64,000 nucleotides of DNA, taken from positions 1-64,000 of the forward strand of contig CAZUFC010000014.1 in NCBI GenBank assembly GCA_964619725.1, written 5' to 3'. The position numbers were made by a program, and so were the translations under genes. This stretch comes from an uncultured bacterium. GTDB lineage: Bacteria; CSSED10-310; CAZUFC01. Shown one piece after another: positions 1 through 9,889 of this stretch. A model generated the notes under the pieces. The model had not been told where the DNA came from, searched no databases, and saw only the letters and a program-made list of their open reading frames with translations. Position 1 is the stretch's first letter. Each line of letters begins with the position of its first letter.

Positions 1-55
1 AGTGACTGTCCAGCATTAAATTTTGAATCGACAATCGAGTTTATGGACAGTCACT
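1..55. repeat. 55-bp palindromic element (REP/MITE-like), copy 1
   Basis: Terminal inverted repeat AGTGACTGTCCA...TGGACAGTCACT; same length as and similar to 32930-32984. Confidence 0.8.
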
Positions 56-2227
56 TTCTAGTTTTTTATACTTTCCCGCCAACCAGTCCTGCAAGTCGGT
101 CGTATAGAATCCGGAAAACCTGCGCTCAGAAATCCCCGAAGGCCTGACGGTCAAAGCGCTGACCTCAGACATATCCGTAACGAATCGATAACTCGGCGCA
201 AAATTGGCGTATGGACAACCTTCTGCGAAAAGCAATCCCTGGCTTACGACGTCCCTTGCTCCCGGAACAGGAATCTCTTCAACATTAAGTCCAAGCATCC
301 GTGAAAGCCGGGGAAACCGGTTTCCCAGCAACATATTTTTCATTGTAAAATTGTTGACGCTTCCCCAAGGTTCCGGCCGCGATTCCGGTTCTTCCAGACT
401 GCTTAAAAAGCTTTTAAACAAATCGTCGACGTCCTCATATCGTATGAACTCTTTTTCAATATGACCGGCCAGAAAGACTGAAACGCCCGTTTTTCGCAGC
501 ATATAATTCGCTGCGTCGTCGCCGAAGAGGTCTGACAGGACCTGTTTTTCGATATGCCTGTAAAGTAATTCGAAAAGAGTCGCTTCTACGGAATCGTCTG
601 AGCAGACGAAATCCCATTCGATCAGTTTCTTACCCGCTTCCGACTGGCTCAATATGCTGTGAAACCGGTTTATAAATCTTTCTGCGCGGTGAGAATATCT
701 GTCTGTTTGAAGGTGCGTCATGCCTTCTGCAGTCCAGTCCGACCGTGATTCTATAACTTCCCCTATCCGCTTGATTCTGTCGGGGGACATTGCGATATTT
801 ATCACTCGTGGAGCGTCCGGCCGGTTAAGATCGTTATTGCAGGAACCGACCCATCCTTTTTCAGGATTATATTCTGACGGCAAATCGTCCGGCGAAAGCA
901 GCCCGTCCCATTGATGCTCATGCTTCCACCCGGCGCAAGGAGCAAGCCCGATACGTCCGGGCTTACGCAACGGCATACTGCCGGCGACCTGAAGGCCGAT
1001 GTTGCCGTCACTGTCCGCAAAAGCCCAGGCAAACGAAGGACCCTGACCGCAACGCGCCAGCTTCATCGCTTCCTCAACTGACCGGCAATCGTTAATTTTG
1101 ACCATATTAGCGATGGCGTTAACTCCGCTCGTCATCAAATAGGCATGAGATACACAGACATATCTCCCATCTTCCGCGGGAATAATATCCAGAGGTCCGT
1201 GCTGTGTACGGCATACCTTGAACGTTTCAGCCGATGAGCTTCCCCTTTTCTGAATTTGGATATCCTCCGCCTCCAACGGCTTCCACCCTTCCGGCGACAG
1301 ATAATTTTCGCCTTTCACCTCTTCAATGAATAAATCCACGGAATCCAAACTCGCATAGGTGGGACTCCAGGCCAGGCGATCATTGCGCGCTACCTGCAAT
1401 CCCCCCAAACCGGGAATCCCGGCCCCCATCAGCGTAAATCCCGGAGATTCCAGTACCGCCTCATGCCATATCCCCGGCATTGTTCCCGTATCCATGTGAG
1501 GGTCCCCCGCGAAAACCGGTTTCCCCGATACCGTTCGCTCCGGGGCCACTGCCCAATTATTGCTGGCGCTCAACGGCGGGATGGTCCTTAGTATGATCTC
1601 TCGCCGCTCCCGGTCCGAATCTCTGCCCAACTTCAATCCTTCCACCATCTCAGGGTCCGCATCCTCCAGAGCAGGATAAAAAAACCGCTTCAGCCTCTCC
1701 AGGTCCCGCTTCTCCACAAAAGATTCTAATATGAAACGCTCCAGCTTCTCCTGCGTCTCCGCTATCCCTATATAACTTATCAATTTCATTAAATTCAAAA
1801 TATCAGCTATATGAAACGGCTCCGCACTTATGCCGGCAATCCGCATTCCCAAAGGACGCGTACCTTCTTTTATATAAAAATTTATCCCCTGTAAGTAAGA
1901 ATTTATCCAATCATGGACCGTATCTTCCCATTCATAATCAGAAAGGTCCTTTAATGAACTCCTTACGAAACCCATTCGCCCGACGAAACGGTCCACCGCA
2001 ATCATCCCCGCTGAATTTTCCAGCTTCTCTGCAGCGCGTCCCGACGAGATATACTTCATCAGCGTCATCTGAAGCAACCGGTCCCGCGCCTGCGCTATTC
2101 CCAGTCCAAAAGCCAAATCCGACATCTCACTCCCCAGAATATGAGGAACTCCCCGTTCGTCCCGGACAATCTCCAAACCGGCTCGCACACCTGTAAGCCT
2201 GACTCGTTTCCTGTCGAGCTTATTCAT
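41..2227 (-). CDS. Penicillin acylase family protein (Ntn hydrolase, peptidase S45)
   Basis: N-terminal IVRDERGVPHI/QARDRLLQM; catalytic SNNWAV followed by GDPH; NPEKGWVGSCNN. Confidence 0.93.
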   Translation of the reverse strand: MNKLDRKRVRLTGVRAGLEIVRDERGVPHILGSEMSDLAFGLGIAQARDRLLQMTLMKYISSGRAAEKLENSAGMIAVDRFVGRMGFVRSSLKDLSDYEWEDTVHDWINSYLQGINFYIKEGTRPLGMRIAGISAEPFHIADILNLMKLISYIGIAETQEKLERFILESFVEKRDLERLKRFFYPALEDADPEMVEGLKLGRDSDRERREIILRTIPPLSASNNWAVAPERTVSGKPVFAGDPHMDTGTMPGIWHEAVLESPGFTLMGAGIPGLGGLQVARNDRLAWSPTYASLDSVDLFIEEVKGENYLSPEGWKPLEAEDIQIQKRGSSSAETFKVCRTQHGPLDIIPAEDGRYVCVSHAYLMTSGVNAIANMVKINDCRSVEEAMKLARCGQGPSFAWAFADSDGNIGLQVAGSMPLRKPGRIGLAPCAGWKHEHQWDGLLSPDDLPSEYNPEKGWVGSCNNDLNRPDAPRVINIAMSPDRIKRIGEVIESRSDWTAEGMTHLQTDRYSHRAERFINRFHSILSQSEAGKKLIEWDFVCSDDSVEATLFELLYRHIEKQVLSDLFGDDAANYMLRKTGVSVFLAGHIEKEFIRYEDVDDLFKSFLSSLEEPESRPEPWGSVNNFTMKNMLLGNRFPRLSRMLGLNVEEIPVPGARDVVSQGLLFAEGCPYANFAPSYRFVTDMSEVSALTVRPSGISERRFSGFYTTDLQDWLAGKYKKLESDCP

Positions 2228-2367
2228 GCTTCTGATCCTCCTCGCTTATCGGATTACCAGAATTTTCACCGGAGTGCAAGAATTTTAAAGGCTTCGCCCG
2301 GGGGTCAGAGCCCTGCGGAAACACTTGATATTCGATATTTCGGATGAGCCGGCCCTTTTCGCCGGTC

Positions 2368-3048
2368 CTACAGATTATCCAGCCTGAAATTGATGGTCTT
2401 ATCGAAAACATAACCGCCTTTTTCCGCACCCCATATCTGGCTTCCCGTTTCGTCGAAACCCCGGTCCCAGCTTATCATCCGCTTCTCTTCAACGACGACT
2501 TCCGACGTCGCATATGAGGCTCCGTGAAGGTCGCTGGCGCATGTCTTCCCGACCGTATTGCCCACGAACTTCTCCTCGTTTACCTCTCTCAAGACGATTG
2601 CGCATCCTTCCCTCAGGTCGATAAAAGCGGGCAAAAGCCCTTCAAGCGCCTCAGGATTTTTCCACCCGCCGGCGTATCTTTCAGGGTCCTCGATTTCATA
2701 TACCCTGCTCTCGAACAGATCGTCACTGAGCTGCGTCAAGCGGTAGACCCTCTGCCTGTAAGGCGGTTGACCGGCGACGGCCTGTTCGACATAAAGCCAG
2801 ATGCCGTCGGACCTTTCAGCCCAGATACGGACCATGTGCAGCCTTATGTCATAGTAATCGTCATCCGCAGCAGCTTGGGATGCGCTGCTGAATGACCCTG
2901 TCAACCACTCAGCCAGTTTCTCCAGGTCGCCCGAATAAGGAGATTTTTTTACCGGCTCCTCAACCTTGGCAGGCGCCCTTCGAACGCAACCAGGCAAAAT
3001 GAATAAAAATAAACACACTATAAATATAAGACTCGACGCTTTTCTCAT
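2368..3048 (-). CDS. CpcT/CpeT chromophore lyase-like lipoprotein
   Basis: WLTGSFSS, WLYVEQA..PYRQRVY, GASYATSEV, SWDRGFD..QIWG motifs; lipobox-like LPGC. Confidence 0.88.
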   Translation of the reverse strand: MRKASSLIFIVCLFLFILPGCVRRAPAKVEEPVKKSPYSGDLEKLAEWLTGSFSSASQAAADDDYYDIRLHMVRIWAERSDGIWLYVEQAVAGQPPYRQRVYRLTQLSDDLFESRVYEIEDPERYAGGWKNPEALEGLLPAFIDLREGCAIVLREVNEEKFVGNTVGKTCASDLHGASYATSEVVVEEKRMISWDRGFDETGSQIWGAEKGGYVFDKTINFRLDNL

Positions 3049-3340
3049 TTTATCCTCCCCCTCATCGCTGAATATTATAAATTCATTCGCCTGTCCGGGC
3101 CAATCCTTCTTTCTCCTTATACTGAATCCTCCAGACTATTCAGCCGGACAGTAAAAAACTATCTTACACCCTGCCGACTCAAGAATAAATAAATTTCAGC
3201 AAGCAACAAACCGCGAATTTTTCCTGATGCTGAGTCGGACTGCTGATTGAGATACTCTGTCGCAGGTTGACAGAATCACCTTTATCTGTGATATTTCATT
3301 GATTGATGCAAGGCATGGGATTATCAGGAGGTTGCGAGCT

Positions 3341-4387
3341 ATGAGAAAAAAAACGAATACACGACTTTTCACGTTCAGATATCTGACGGCGTTGTTCGTG
3401 TCGTTGTTTGTTTTTTTGTCTTTATCCTTATTTTTTTTCGGGTGCGCTGTTGAGCAACAAAAAGAGGATAAGATAAAAATCGGACTCGTCACGGACGTAG
3501 GAAAAATAGACGACAAGACGTTCAACCAGTTTGCGTATGAGGGCATGCAAAAAGCTGCAGAAGAATTCGGACTCAAAACCTCTTTCATAGAAACCCTGCA
3601 GCCGACGGATTACCCCAAAAACATCGGCAGTTTCATAGACGACGGTTATCCGTTCATCATAACGGTAGGTTTCATGCTGGGAGATGCGACGGCCCAGGCT
3701 GCCCGACAGCATCCGGAGGTTTCTTTCGCCATCGTGGATTACTCCTATGATCCTCCCATTCCTAACGTTCTGGGGTTGACGTTCGCAGAGGATCAGGGGG
3801 GATTCCTGGCCGGAGCGCTGGCGGCGCTGATGAGCGAATCCGGCATTGTTGGGTTTGTCGGAGGCAAAGAAATCCCGCCAGTCATACGTTATCGCAAGGG
3901 ATACGAAGCCGGCGCCGCTTATGTTGACCCGAAGATTAAAATTATGGGCGTTTATATCGACTCGTTTACCGATCCGGCCAGAGGTAAAGCTGCTGCAGAA
4001 TCAATGACAGCGGAAAGCGCTGATGTCATTTTCGGAGCCGGAGGGCCGACCGGTTCAGGCGGCATTAAAGCGGCTCACGAAAAAAATGTCTATGTTATCG
4101 GAGTCGACCAGGACGAATACTACACGACTTTCCAGGGCGGTCCAGCGCCTTATCTTCTCTCTTCAGCCATGAAAAGAGTCGATAACGCGGTTTACAAGGC
4201 AATCAAAAAATTCGTCGAGGGTAACTTCGAGGGCGGGACGTTCGTGGGGTCTGCAGCCAACGGCAGCGTCGGACTGGCTCCTTTTCATGATGCAGCCCCC
4301 AAAATACCCGCAGAAGTAAAAGCAAAACTCATGGAGATACGTGAGGGGTTAGCTTCCGGCGATATCAAAACGGGCGTTGAACTTTAA
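3341..4387 (+). CDS. BMP family (PnrA-like) ABC transporter substrate-binding lipoprotein
   Basis: KIGLVTDVGKIDDKTFNQ, F.EDQGGFLAG, VIGVDQD, SAMKRVD; start moved to ATG 3341 after AGGAGG. Confidence 0.93.
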   Translation: MRKKTNTRLFTFRYLTALFVSLFVFLSLSLFFFGCAVEQQKEDKIKIGLVTDVGKIDDKTFNQFAYEGMQKAAEEFGLKTSFIETLQPTDYPKNIGSFIDDGYPFIITVGFMLGDATAQAARQHPEVSFAIVDYSYDPPIPNVLGLTFAEDQGGFLAGALAALMSESGIVGFVGGKEIPPVIRYRKGYEAGAAYVDPKIKIMGVYIDSFTDPARGKAAAESMTAESADVIFGAGGPTGSGGIKAAHEKNVYVIGVDQDEYYTTFQGGPAPYLLSSAMKRVDNAVYKAIKKFVEGNFEGGTFVGSAANGSVGLAPFHDAAPKIPAEVKAKLMEIREGLASGDIKTGVEL

Positions 4388-4539
4388 TCTTATTCGAAAG
4401 GCTCATCTACCGGAAAAATCCTGCGGGATAACTGCCGGGAACTGTTTTTGTATTGCGTGTTCTTGACAGGCTGTTATAACATGCACTGCATAGGCGTTCA
4501 CCCGAAACCCGGAACACTCGCAAGGAAGCCTTCAGAAAA

Positions 4540-6096
4540 ATGGAAAACAGCAGAATCTCAGTCATCCGAATGAAAGGAATCACCAAACGATTTCCGGGAA
4601 CAACCGCCAATGCCGATGTCGACCTGGAGATACATCGAGGCGGCGTCACGGCTCTTCTGGGCGAAAATGGTGCGGGCAAAAGCACTTTAATGAACATCTT
4701 AAGCGGCATGATGAGTCCTGATGACGGTTCGATCTACCTGAACGATTCACCGATAAATTTTAAATCACCTCGCGATGCTGCGCGACAAGGTATAGGAATG
4801 GTTCATCAGCATTTTATGCTTATTCCGGAAATGACGGTACTGGAAAACGTTATCCTGGGTTCGGAACCTGTCAAAAAAGGGATCATTGATAAAACACTGG
4901 GCGCAGAAAAATTGCAGTCCCTCTGTCGTCAGTTCGGATTAAAAACGGATGCCGATGCTGTTGTGGGCGACCTTCCTATTGGAGCCCGGCAGCAGGTCGA
5001 AATAATCAAGGTACTTTATCGCGGCGCTGACTTTCTTATTCTGGACGAACCGACAGCGGTTCTGGCGCCCCAGGAAACGGAAAAAATGTTCCAGATAGTG
5101 GAGGCTCTGAAAAGTCGCGGCAAGGGTATTGTATTCATCACGCACAAGTTGAAGGAAGTCTTTGAAATTGCAGACCACATCGTCGTATTGAGAAAAGGCC
5201 GGGTCGTCGGACGCCTGAAACCTCAAGAAACGGACGAAAAGCGTCTGGCGACTTTAATGGTTGGACGGGACATTTCAGAAGCTGTGCACCGTGTTCCTGA
5301 GCGATCAAGAGAGGCAAAAACTGTTCTCCAAATTTCTGATCTCAAAGTAGATGACGACCGGGGCGTAAACCGCGTGTATAATTTGATATTGAATGTAAAG
5401 GCTGGAGAGATATTGGGAATAGCCGGCGTGCAGGGCAACGGCCAGACCGAGCTGGCGGAAGCCATAACCGGCTTGCGGCGAGTGACTGAGGGACAGATTA
5501 TCCTTGACGGCGAGGACGTTACTGAAGCGGATTCCGGTACGCTGCTGCGCAAGGGAATCGCGCACATACCGGAAGACAGACACAGGCACGGGATGATATC
5601 CGCCTGGCCGGTCAAATGGAACCTGGCTTTGACTGATTACCGTTATCCACCCTATTCCCGCGGTTTCATCGTGGATACGAAAAGGATTGAAACGCACGCT
5701 TATGAACTCTTGAAAAAATTCGATATCCAGGCGAGAGATACCGATATCCATGCCGCCTCGCTTTCGGGAGGCAATCAACAGAAAATGGTTGCAGCGAGAG
5801 AACTCTCGCGTCCCATAAAACTCCTGGTAGCTTCTCAACCGACGCGAGGGCTGGACGTCGGTTCTGTGCAGTTTATCCATCAGTTGCTGATGAAAAAAAG
5901 AGAGGAGGGTTGCGCCGTCATTCTGATTTCCTCTGAACTGGATGAAATAATGGACTTGAGCGACCGGATTGCTGTTATGTATCGCGGCGTCGTTAATGCC
6001 GTCATTGCCGGAAAATTCGCACGAAAAGAACAACTGGGTCTTCTGATGACAGGAGGAACGCGCTCTGAGGTTCCCGGACTTAATGTGCCGTTATGA
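4540..6096 (+). CDS. Nucleoside/sugar ABC transporter ATP-binding protein (two NBDs)
   Basis: GENGAGKSTLM, ILDEPTAVL, LSGGNQQK, QPTRGLDVG. Confidence 0.95.
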   Translation: MENSRISVIRMKGITKRFPGTTANADVDLEIHRGGVTALLGENGAGKSTLMNILSGMMSPDDGSIYLNDSPINFKSPRDAARQGIGMVHQHFMLIPEMTVLENVILGSEPVKKGIIDKTLGAEKLQSLCRQFGLKTDADAVVGDLPIGARQQVEIIKVLYRGADFLILDEPTAVLAPQETEKMFQIVEALKSRGKGIVFITHKLKEVFEIADHIVVLRKGRVVGRLKPQETDEKRLATLMVGRDISEAVHRVPERSREAKTVLQISDLKVDDDRGVNRVYNLILNVKAGEILGIAGVQGNGQTELAEAITGLRRVTEGQIILDGEDVTEADSGTLLRKGIAHIPEDRHRHGMISAWPVKWNLALTDYRYPPYSRGFIVDTKRIETHAYELLKKFDIQARDTDIHAASLSGGNQQKMVAARELSRPIKLLVASQPTRGLDVGSVQFIHQLLMKKREEGCAVILISSELDEIMDLSDRIAVMYRGVVNAVIAGKFARKEQLGLLMTGGTRSEVPGLNVPL

Positions 6097-7169
6097 TGAA
6101 AAAGTATTTTGAAAAATTAATACCGGTTTTTTCTGTCGTCATCGCCCTGGTTTTCGGATTCCTGTTTATCGTTTGCTTATCAGGAATGCCCACCGCAATA
6201 TCGGCATTTACCGGATTGTGGGACGGCGCCTTCGGATCGCCCAAGGCGCTGATGGAAACGCTTGTAGCCTCTACTCCTTATCTTCTGGCAGGTCTTGCCG
6301 TAGCGCTCGGTTTTCAAGCCGGATTATTCAATATCGGAGCGGAAGGACAATTATACATGGGAGCTCTGGCTGCATCTTTCATTGGCTTTTCATTTTCTTC
6401 CCTGCCCGCAATAATTCATGTTCCTTTTGCCGTTCTGGCCGGTGCAGCGGCCGGATTCTTGTGGGGAGCCGTTCCGGGATGGCTGAAAACGAAAACGGGA
6501 GCTCATGAAGTCATCAATACAATCATGATGAATTACATCGCCATTGCCCTGGTCGATTACCTGGTGAAAGGTCCGCTGGCAGACCCGGAATCTTCCATCC
6601 CTCGAACTCCTTACATCTCCCCTGCAGCTCAAATTCCCAAAATAATTCCTTCCTTCAGGCTGCATTACGGACTTGCAGTAACCGTTCTGGCGGCTTTTTT
6701 CCTCTGGTGGTTTCTCCGCAAGACAGTAGTCGGCATCGACATAAGAGCTGTCGGCGCCAACCCTTCTGCAGCCGAATATGCCGGCGTCAAAAAATCCAAA
6801 ATCATTATACTGACAATGGCGCTTTCCGGAGCATTAGCCGGCCTGGCTGGAACTTTTCAAACCCTGGGACTGAATCATAATCTTCCCGCAGCCTTTACTT
6901 CCGGCTACGGCTTCGACAGCATCGCAGTAGCCCTCCTCGCCAAAAGTCATCCCCTGGCCGTCATCCCCTCGGCGCTGCTCTGGGGAGCGCTGCGAAACGG
7001 AGCCGGATTGATGCAGCTCCGAAGCGGAATATCTATCGATCTGATCAATATCATTCAGGCCGGCGTCATAGCTCTGGTCGCCGCAGATATCCTGGTCCGC
7101 AAAATACTGCGCCTTAAAAAAGACCCGGAACTCAAAGAAACACATTTCGCTTCAAGCTGGGGTAAATAA
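6093..7169 (+). CDS. Nucleoside ABC transporter permease 1
   Basis: GLFNIGAEGQ, GAHEVINTIMMNYIA, GYGFDSIAVALL. Confidence 0.93.
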   Translation: MMKKYFEKLIPVFSVVIALVFGFLFIVCLSGMPTAISAFTGLWDGAFGSPKALMETLVASTPYLLAGLAVALGFQAGLFNIGAEGQLYMGALAASFIGFSFSSLPAIIHVPFAVLAGAAAGFLWGAVPGWLKTKTGAHEVINTIMMNYIAIALVDYLVKGPLADPESSIPRTPYISPAAQIPKIIPSFRLHYGLAVTVLAAFFLWWFLRKTVVGIDIRAVGANPSAAEYAGVKKSKIIILTMALSGALAGLAGTFQTLGLNHNLPAAFTSGYGFDSIAVALLAKSHPLAVIPSALLWGALRNGAGLMQLRSGISIDLINIIQAGVIALVAADILVRKILRLKKDPELKETHFASSWGK

Positions 7170-7249
7170 AAAATGTCTATCGAACAAAAAAATAAATCGA
7201 CCGCCTGCTTTACGAAAAATGATCCTTTTACTTATTACACTGCATCACA

Positions 7250-8470
7250 ATGAGCTTACGATCCGCATCAAAACATAAATTCTTCTGGTTTATTTCACTG
7301 GTTACTCTGGCGGCCGGAACGCTGCTCGTTATAATCCACGGCGACTTCTCCGGCAAAATATTGAATATTGGACTGGGAGAAGCCGTCGGACGAATTTCTG
7401 TTCCAGAAGACATTTTTCTCTTTTCTGCAGGCGTTTTTCTCATTATAAACACATTTATCATTATTCTTATTAGAAAAAAAAGCGGCCGGAAATACCTGCT
7501 CTCGCTTCAGGCAGCAACCTTTGTATTACTGATTATCATGGCGGCGGCGGGAGAACAGGGTATAGACCTGACAGGTTTGACTGCACAGAGCATACGAATG
7601 GCGACTCCGGTCATTCTGGGAGCGTTATGCGGTCTTTTGTGCGAAAGAAGCGGCATCATCAACATCGGCATAGAAGGAATGATGCTGGCGGGGGCCTGTT
7701 TCGGCTTTACGGCCGCTCTTTATACCGGAAGCCTGTTTCTGGGATTCCTGGCGGCCATAGCTGCAGGAGCCGTCCTGGCGATGCTTCACGCTTTAATGTC
7801 GATAAAATTCCGGACCGATCAGATCATCAGCGGCACGGTGATAAATATCCTGGCCATAGGCATAACAGGCTTCACCCGGAGAAGTTTTCTTCTGCACGCG
7901 GGACGCAAAGCCCCCGGAGTGTTCCCGACCTGGAAAATCCCCTTGTTGTCGAAAATCCCCGTTCTGGGCGACCTGTTTTTCAACCATCAACCCATCGTAT
8001 ATCTCATGTTCATAACTCTATTAATCATCCATCCGGCATTGAAATACACTCGATGGGGCCTCAGAACCCGCGCTTCCGGAGAGCATCCGAAAGCTGTCGA
8101 TACCCTCGGCGTGAACGTTATTCGATTACGTTATCTGAATCTTGTCCTGGCCGGCTTGATTGCGGGAGCGGCCGGCGCCTGGTTTTCATTGGAAACTACC
8201 GGAGGATTCGACGATCTGATGACGAACGGAAAGGGTTTTATTGCACTGGCTGCAATGATTTTCGGAAAGTGGCATCCCCTGGGCGGCGCCATGGGCGGAC
8301 TCCTCTTCGGATTCACCGATGCCGTGCAAATTAAATTCCAGGTCCTGGGCCTCCCCATACCCTACCAGTTCCTGGGTATGCTCCCCTACCTGGTCACGAT
8401 GCTGACGCTCGCAGGAGTCGTCGGAAAAGCCCTTCCCCCCGCAGCCGTGGGTAAACCCTATCCTGAATGA
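7250..8470 (+). CDS. Nucleoside ABC transporter permease 2
   Basis: ERSGIINIGIEGMML, GKGFIALAAMIFGKW, C-terminal GKPY. Confidence 0.92.
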   Translation: MSLRSASKHKFFWFISLVTLAAGTLLVIIHGDFSGKILNIGLGEAVGRISVPEDIFLFSAGVFLIINTFIIILIRKKSGRKYLLSLQAATFVLLIIMAAAGEQGIDLTGLTAQSIRMATPVILGALCGLLCERSGIINIGIEGMMLAGACFGFTAALYTGSLFLGFLAAIAAGAVLAMLHALMSIKFRTDQIISGTVINILAIGITGFTRRSFLLHAGRKAPGVFPTWKIPLLSKIPVLGDLFFNHQPIVYLMFITLLIIHPALKYTRWGLRTRASGEHPKAVDTLGVNVIRLRYLNLVLAGLIAGAAGAWFSLETTGGFDDLMTNGKGFIALAAMIFGKWHPLGGAMGGLLFGFTDAVQIKFQVLGLPIPYQFLGMLPYLVTMLTLAGVVGKALPPAAVGKPYPE

Positions 8471-8909
8471 TATGACGGCGGATTCTGGAATCGGGATCGG
8501 TTTCAAGCCAGTCGTCGTCTCACCGAACCGTTCGACGATTTGAACCGCAAGGATGGAATGGCTGAGAAAAGCCTCGGAAGAATATTCTAATGCAAATTGA
8601 ATAAGCGAGGGTGCAAAATGTCGGGTCACCTTGGCGGAATTGAAAGCTGATTGGGAGAGCGCCGATCATGAGTGGGAAAAAGCAGACAATGCCCATCGCT
8701 GCCGATTCGCAAGGGCAAAATTCCATAGCATGAAAGAAAAACATTCAAAAGCTGCCGCGCTTTTAATCAAGATTTGCCAGTGGAGGGAGGCCATCGAGCA
8801 GTTTAGAAAAGCGCGGGATTGCGATGGAGTTCTGCGTGCGGAAGAATGCACCGGCCGCAATGTAGCCTGGCGGGTTGAAGTTCTAAGCCGCGTTAGAAGG
8901 CATAAAGAG

Positions 8910-9044
8910 GTAACTGTTCAGGAATTCTTCAATATGGTCTTCGATTATTCTGTAAAGAGGAGTGTTCCTCGGATTTCTTTGTTTATAGACCCCGCAGTTC
9001 ATGTCGTCGCTTAGGGCAAAAGACATGCCTGTCGTTGAAAATTT
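8910..9044 (-). pseudogene. IS91-family transposase 5' fragment; 135-bp direct repeat copy 1
   Basis: Encodes MNCGVYKQRNPRNTPLYRIIEDHIEEFLNSY from ATG 9002; 6 mismatches in 135 bp versus 10301-10435. Confidence 0.75.
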
Positions 9045-9061
9045 CTTGAAAGGAATTTTTA

Positions 9062-9149
9062 GCCCAACCATAGGATGAACCGGACGGCGAAAACACTTTT
9101 TCAGCCGCCGAAAGCGATACGTCGCCGCAGGTTATCCTTATCGTAACTG
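9062..9149 (+). other. attC-like integron recombination site
   Basis: R'' GCCCAAC, 5 bp, L'' GATGAACC ... L' GGTTATC, 6 bp, R' GTAACTG (degenerate); extra G in L''; inner stem CGGCGA/TCGCCG. Confidence 0.65.
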
Positions 9150-9163
9150 CCCATTTAAACTCC

Positions 9164-9460
9164 TCAATAGTGATATCGCGCCTGCAGAAAGTCGATCCGT
9201 TCCTCCTTAACCCGGTAAACAACCCTATGCTCTCGTGTCAGTCGCCGAGACCACGCTCCTTCCGCAAGATATTTCAATGGTTCTGGTTTACCGATTCCAT
9301 GAAATGGAGTCCTCAAAACATCTTCCACTATTCTCAAAACTCGCAATGCTGTCTTTCGATCAGTTTTTACCCAATATTCCAGGTCCTCTCGAAACTCGGG
9401 ATGGAAAACCGCATCTCGCTTAACCTCCTCCCCTTTGCGCTTATCCCTGCTTCTAGCCAA
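9164..9460 (-). CDS. yoeB: Txe/YoeB family toxin
   Basis: PFHGIGKPEPLKY...WSRRLTREHRVVY...QARYHY. Confidence 0.95.
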   Translation of the reverse strand: MARSRDKRKGEEVKRDAVFHPEFREDLEYWVKTDRKTALRVLRIVEDVLRTPFHGIGKPEPLKYLAEGAWSRRLTREHRVVYRVKEERIDFLQARYHY

Positions 9461-9731
9461 GTCCGACTTCTTCCTTCATTTCTTCCACACCCTGAGGTTT
9501 TCCCTCTCCCCGTTCCGCTCGCGCTAAAGCTCGCATTAGGCGCTCTGCATTCCTGGGCGACCTCAGCAAATGAGCTGTCTCCATCAAACCGGTTAGTTCA
9601 TCAGCGGAGATGAGGACAACATCCTCCGCTCCACGCCGCCGGATGATCACCATCTCTCGGTTCTGTGTGACTTCATCCCACAGCGATGCAAGATTAGCAC
9701 GTGCCTTGGTATAAGTCGTCTGAATAGGCAT
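9453..9731 (-). CDS. yefM: Phd/YefM family antitoxin
   Basis: TYTKARANLASL...LMETAHLLRSPRNAERL; ATG 9731 preceded by GGAGGAG; overlaps toxin start. Confidence 0.93.
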   Translation of the reverse strand: MPIQTTYTKARANLASLWDEVTQNREMVIIRRRGAEDVVLISADELTGLMETAHLLRSPRNAERLMRALARAERGEGKPQGVEEMKEEVGLG

Positions 9732-9752
9732 AACTCCTCCCTCCAACAAAAC

Positions 9753-9792
9753 AGTACAGGAATATTGTACAATATTTTCAATAAATTGTCAA
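9753..9792 (-). promoter_or_regulatory. Sigma70 promoter and YefM-type operator of the TA operon
   Basis: TTGACA (9792-9787), 17 bp, TACAAT (9769-9764); perfect palindrome AATATTGTACAATATT (9761-9776) with TGTACA core, second AGTACA at 9753-9758. Confidence 0.85.
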
Positions 9793-9861
9793 ACCGAAAA
9801 ACAGCTCTCTCTTGGAAACGCTGCAAACGTGCCTAACGTCGGGTGATAGGCGAGGTGAGGT

Positions 9862-9875
9862 GATAGGAATTTCAA
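9862..9875 (-). mobile_element. oriIS-like end of IS91/ISCR-type element
   Basis: Minus strand TTGAAATTCCTATC just downstream of the transposase remnant, resembling the ISCR oriIS TTGAA(C/A)TTCCTATA. Confidence 0.55.
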
Positions 9876-9889
9876 TTTCATACCTGACC

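Noticed and set aside
7173-7253. Short ORF suggesting a frameshifted permease start
   Set aside because: Adding a base in the A run creates a stop, and the permease is complete from 7250.
8631-9014. 127-aa ORF on the + strand
   Set aside because: TTG start, no recognisable motif, and it overlaps the antisense of the IS91 fragment; probably spurious.
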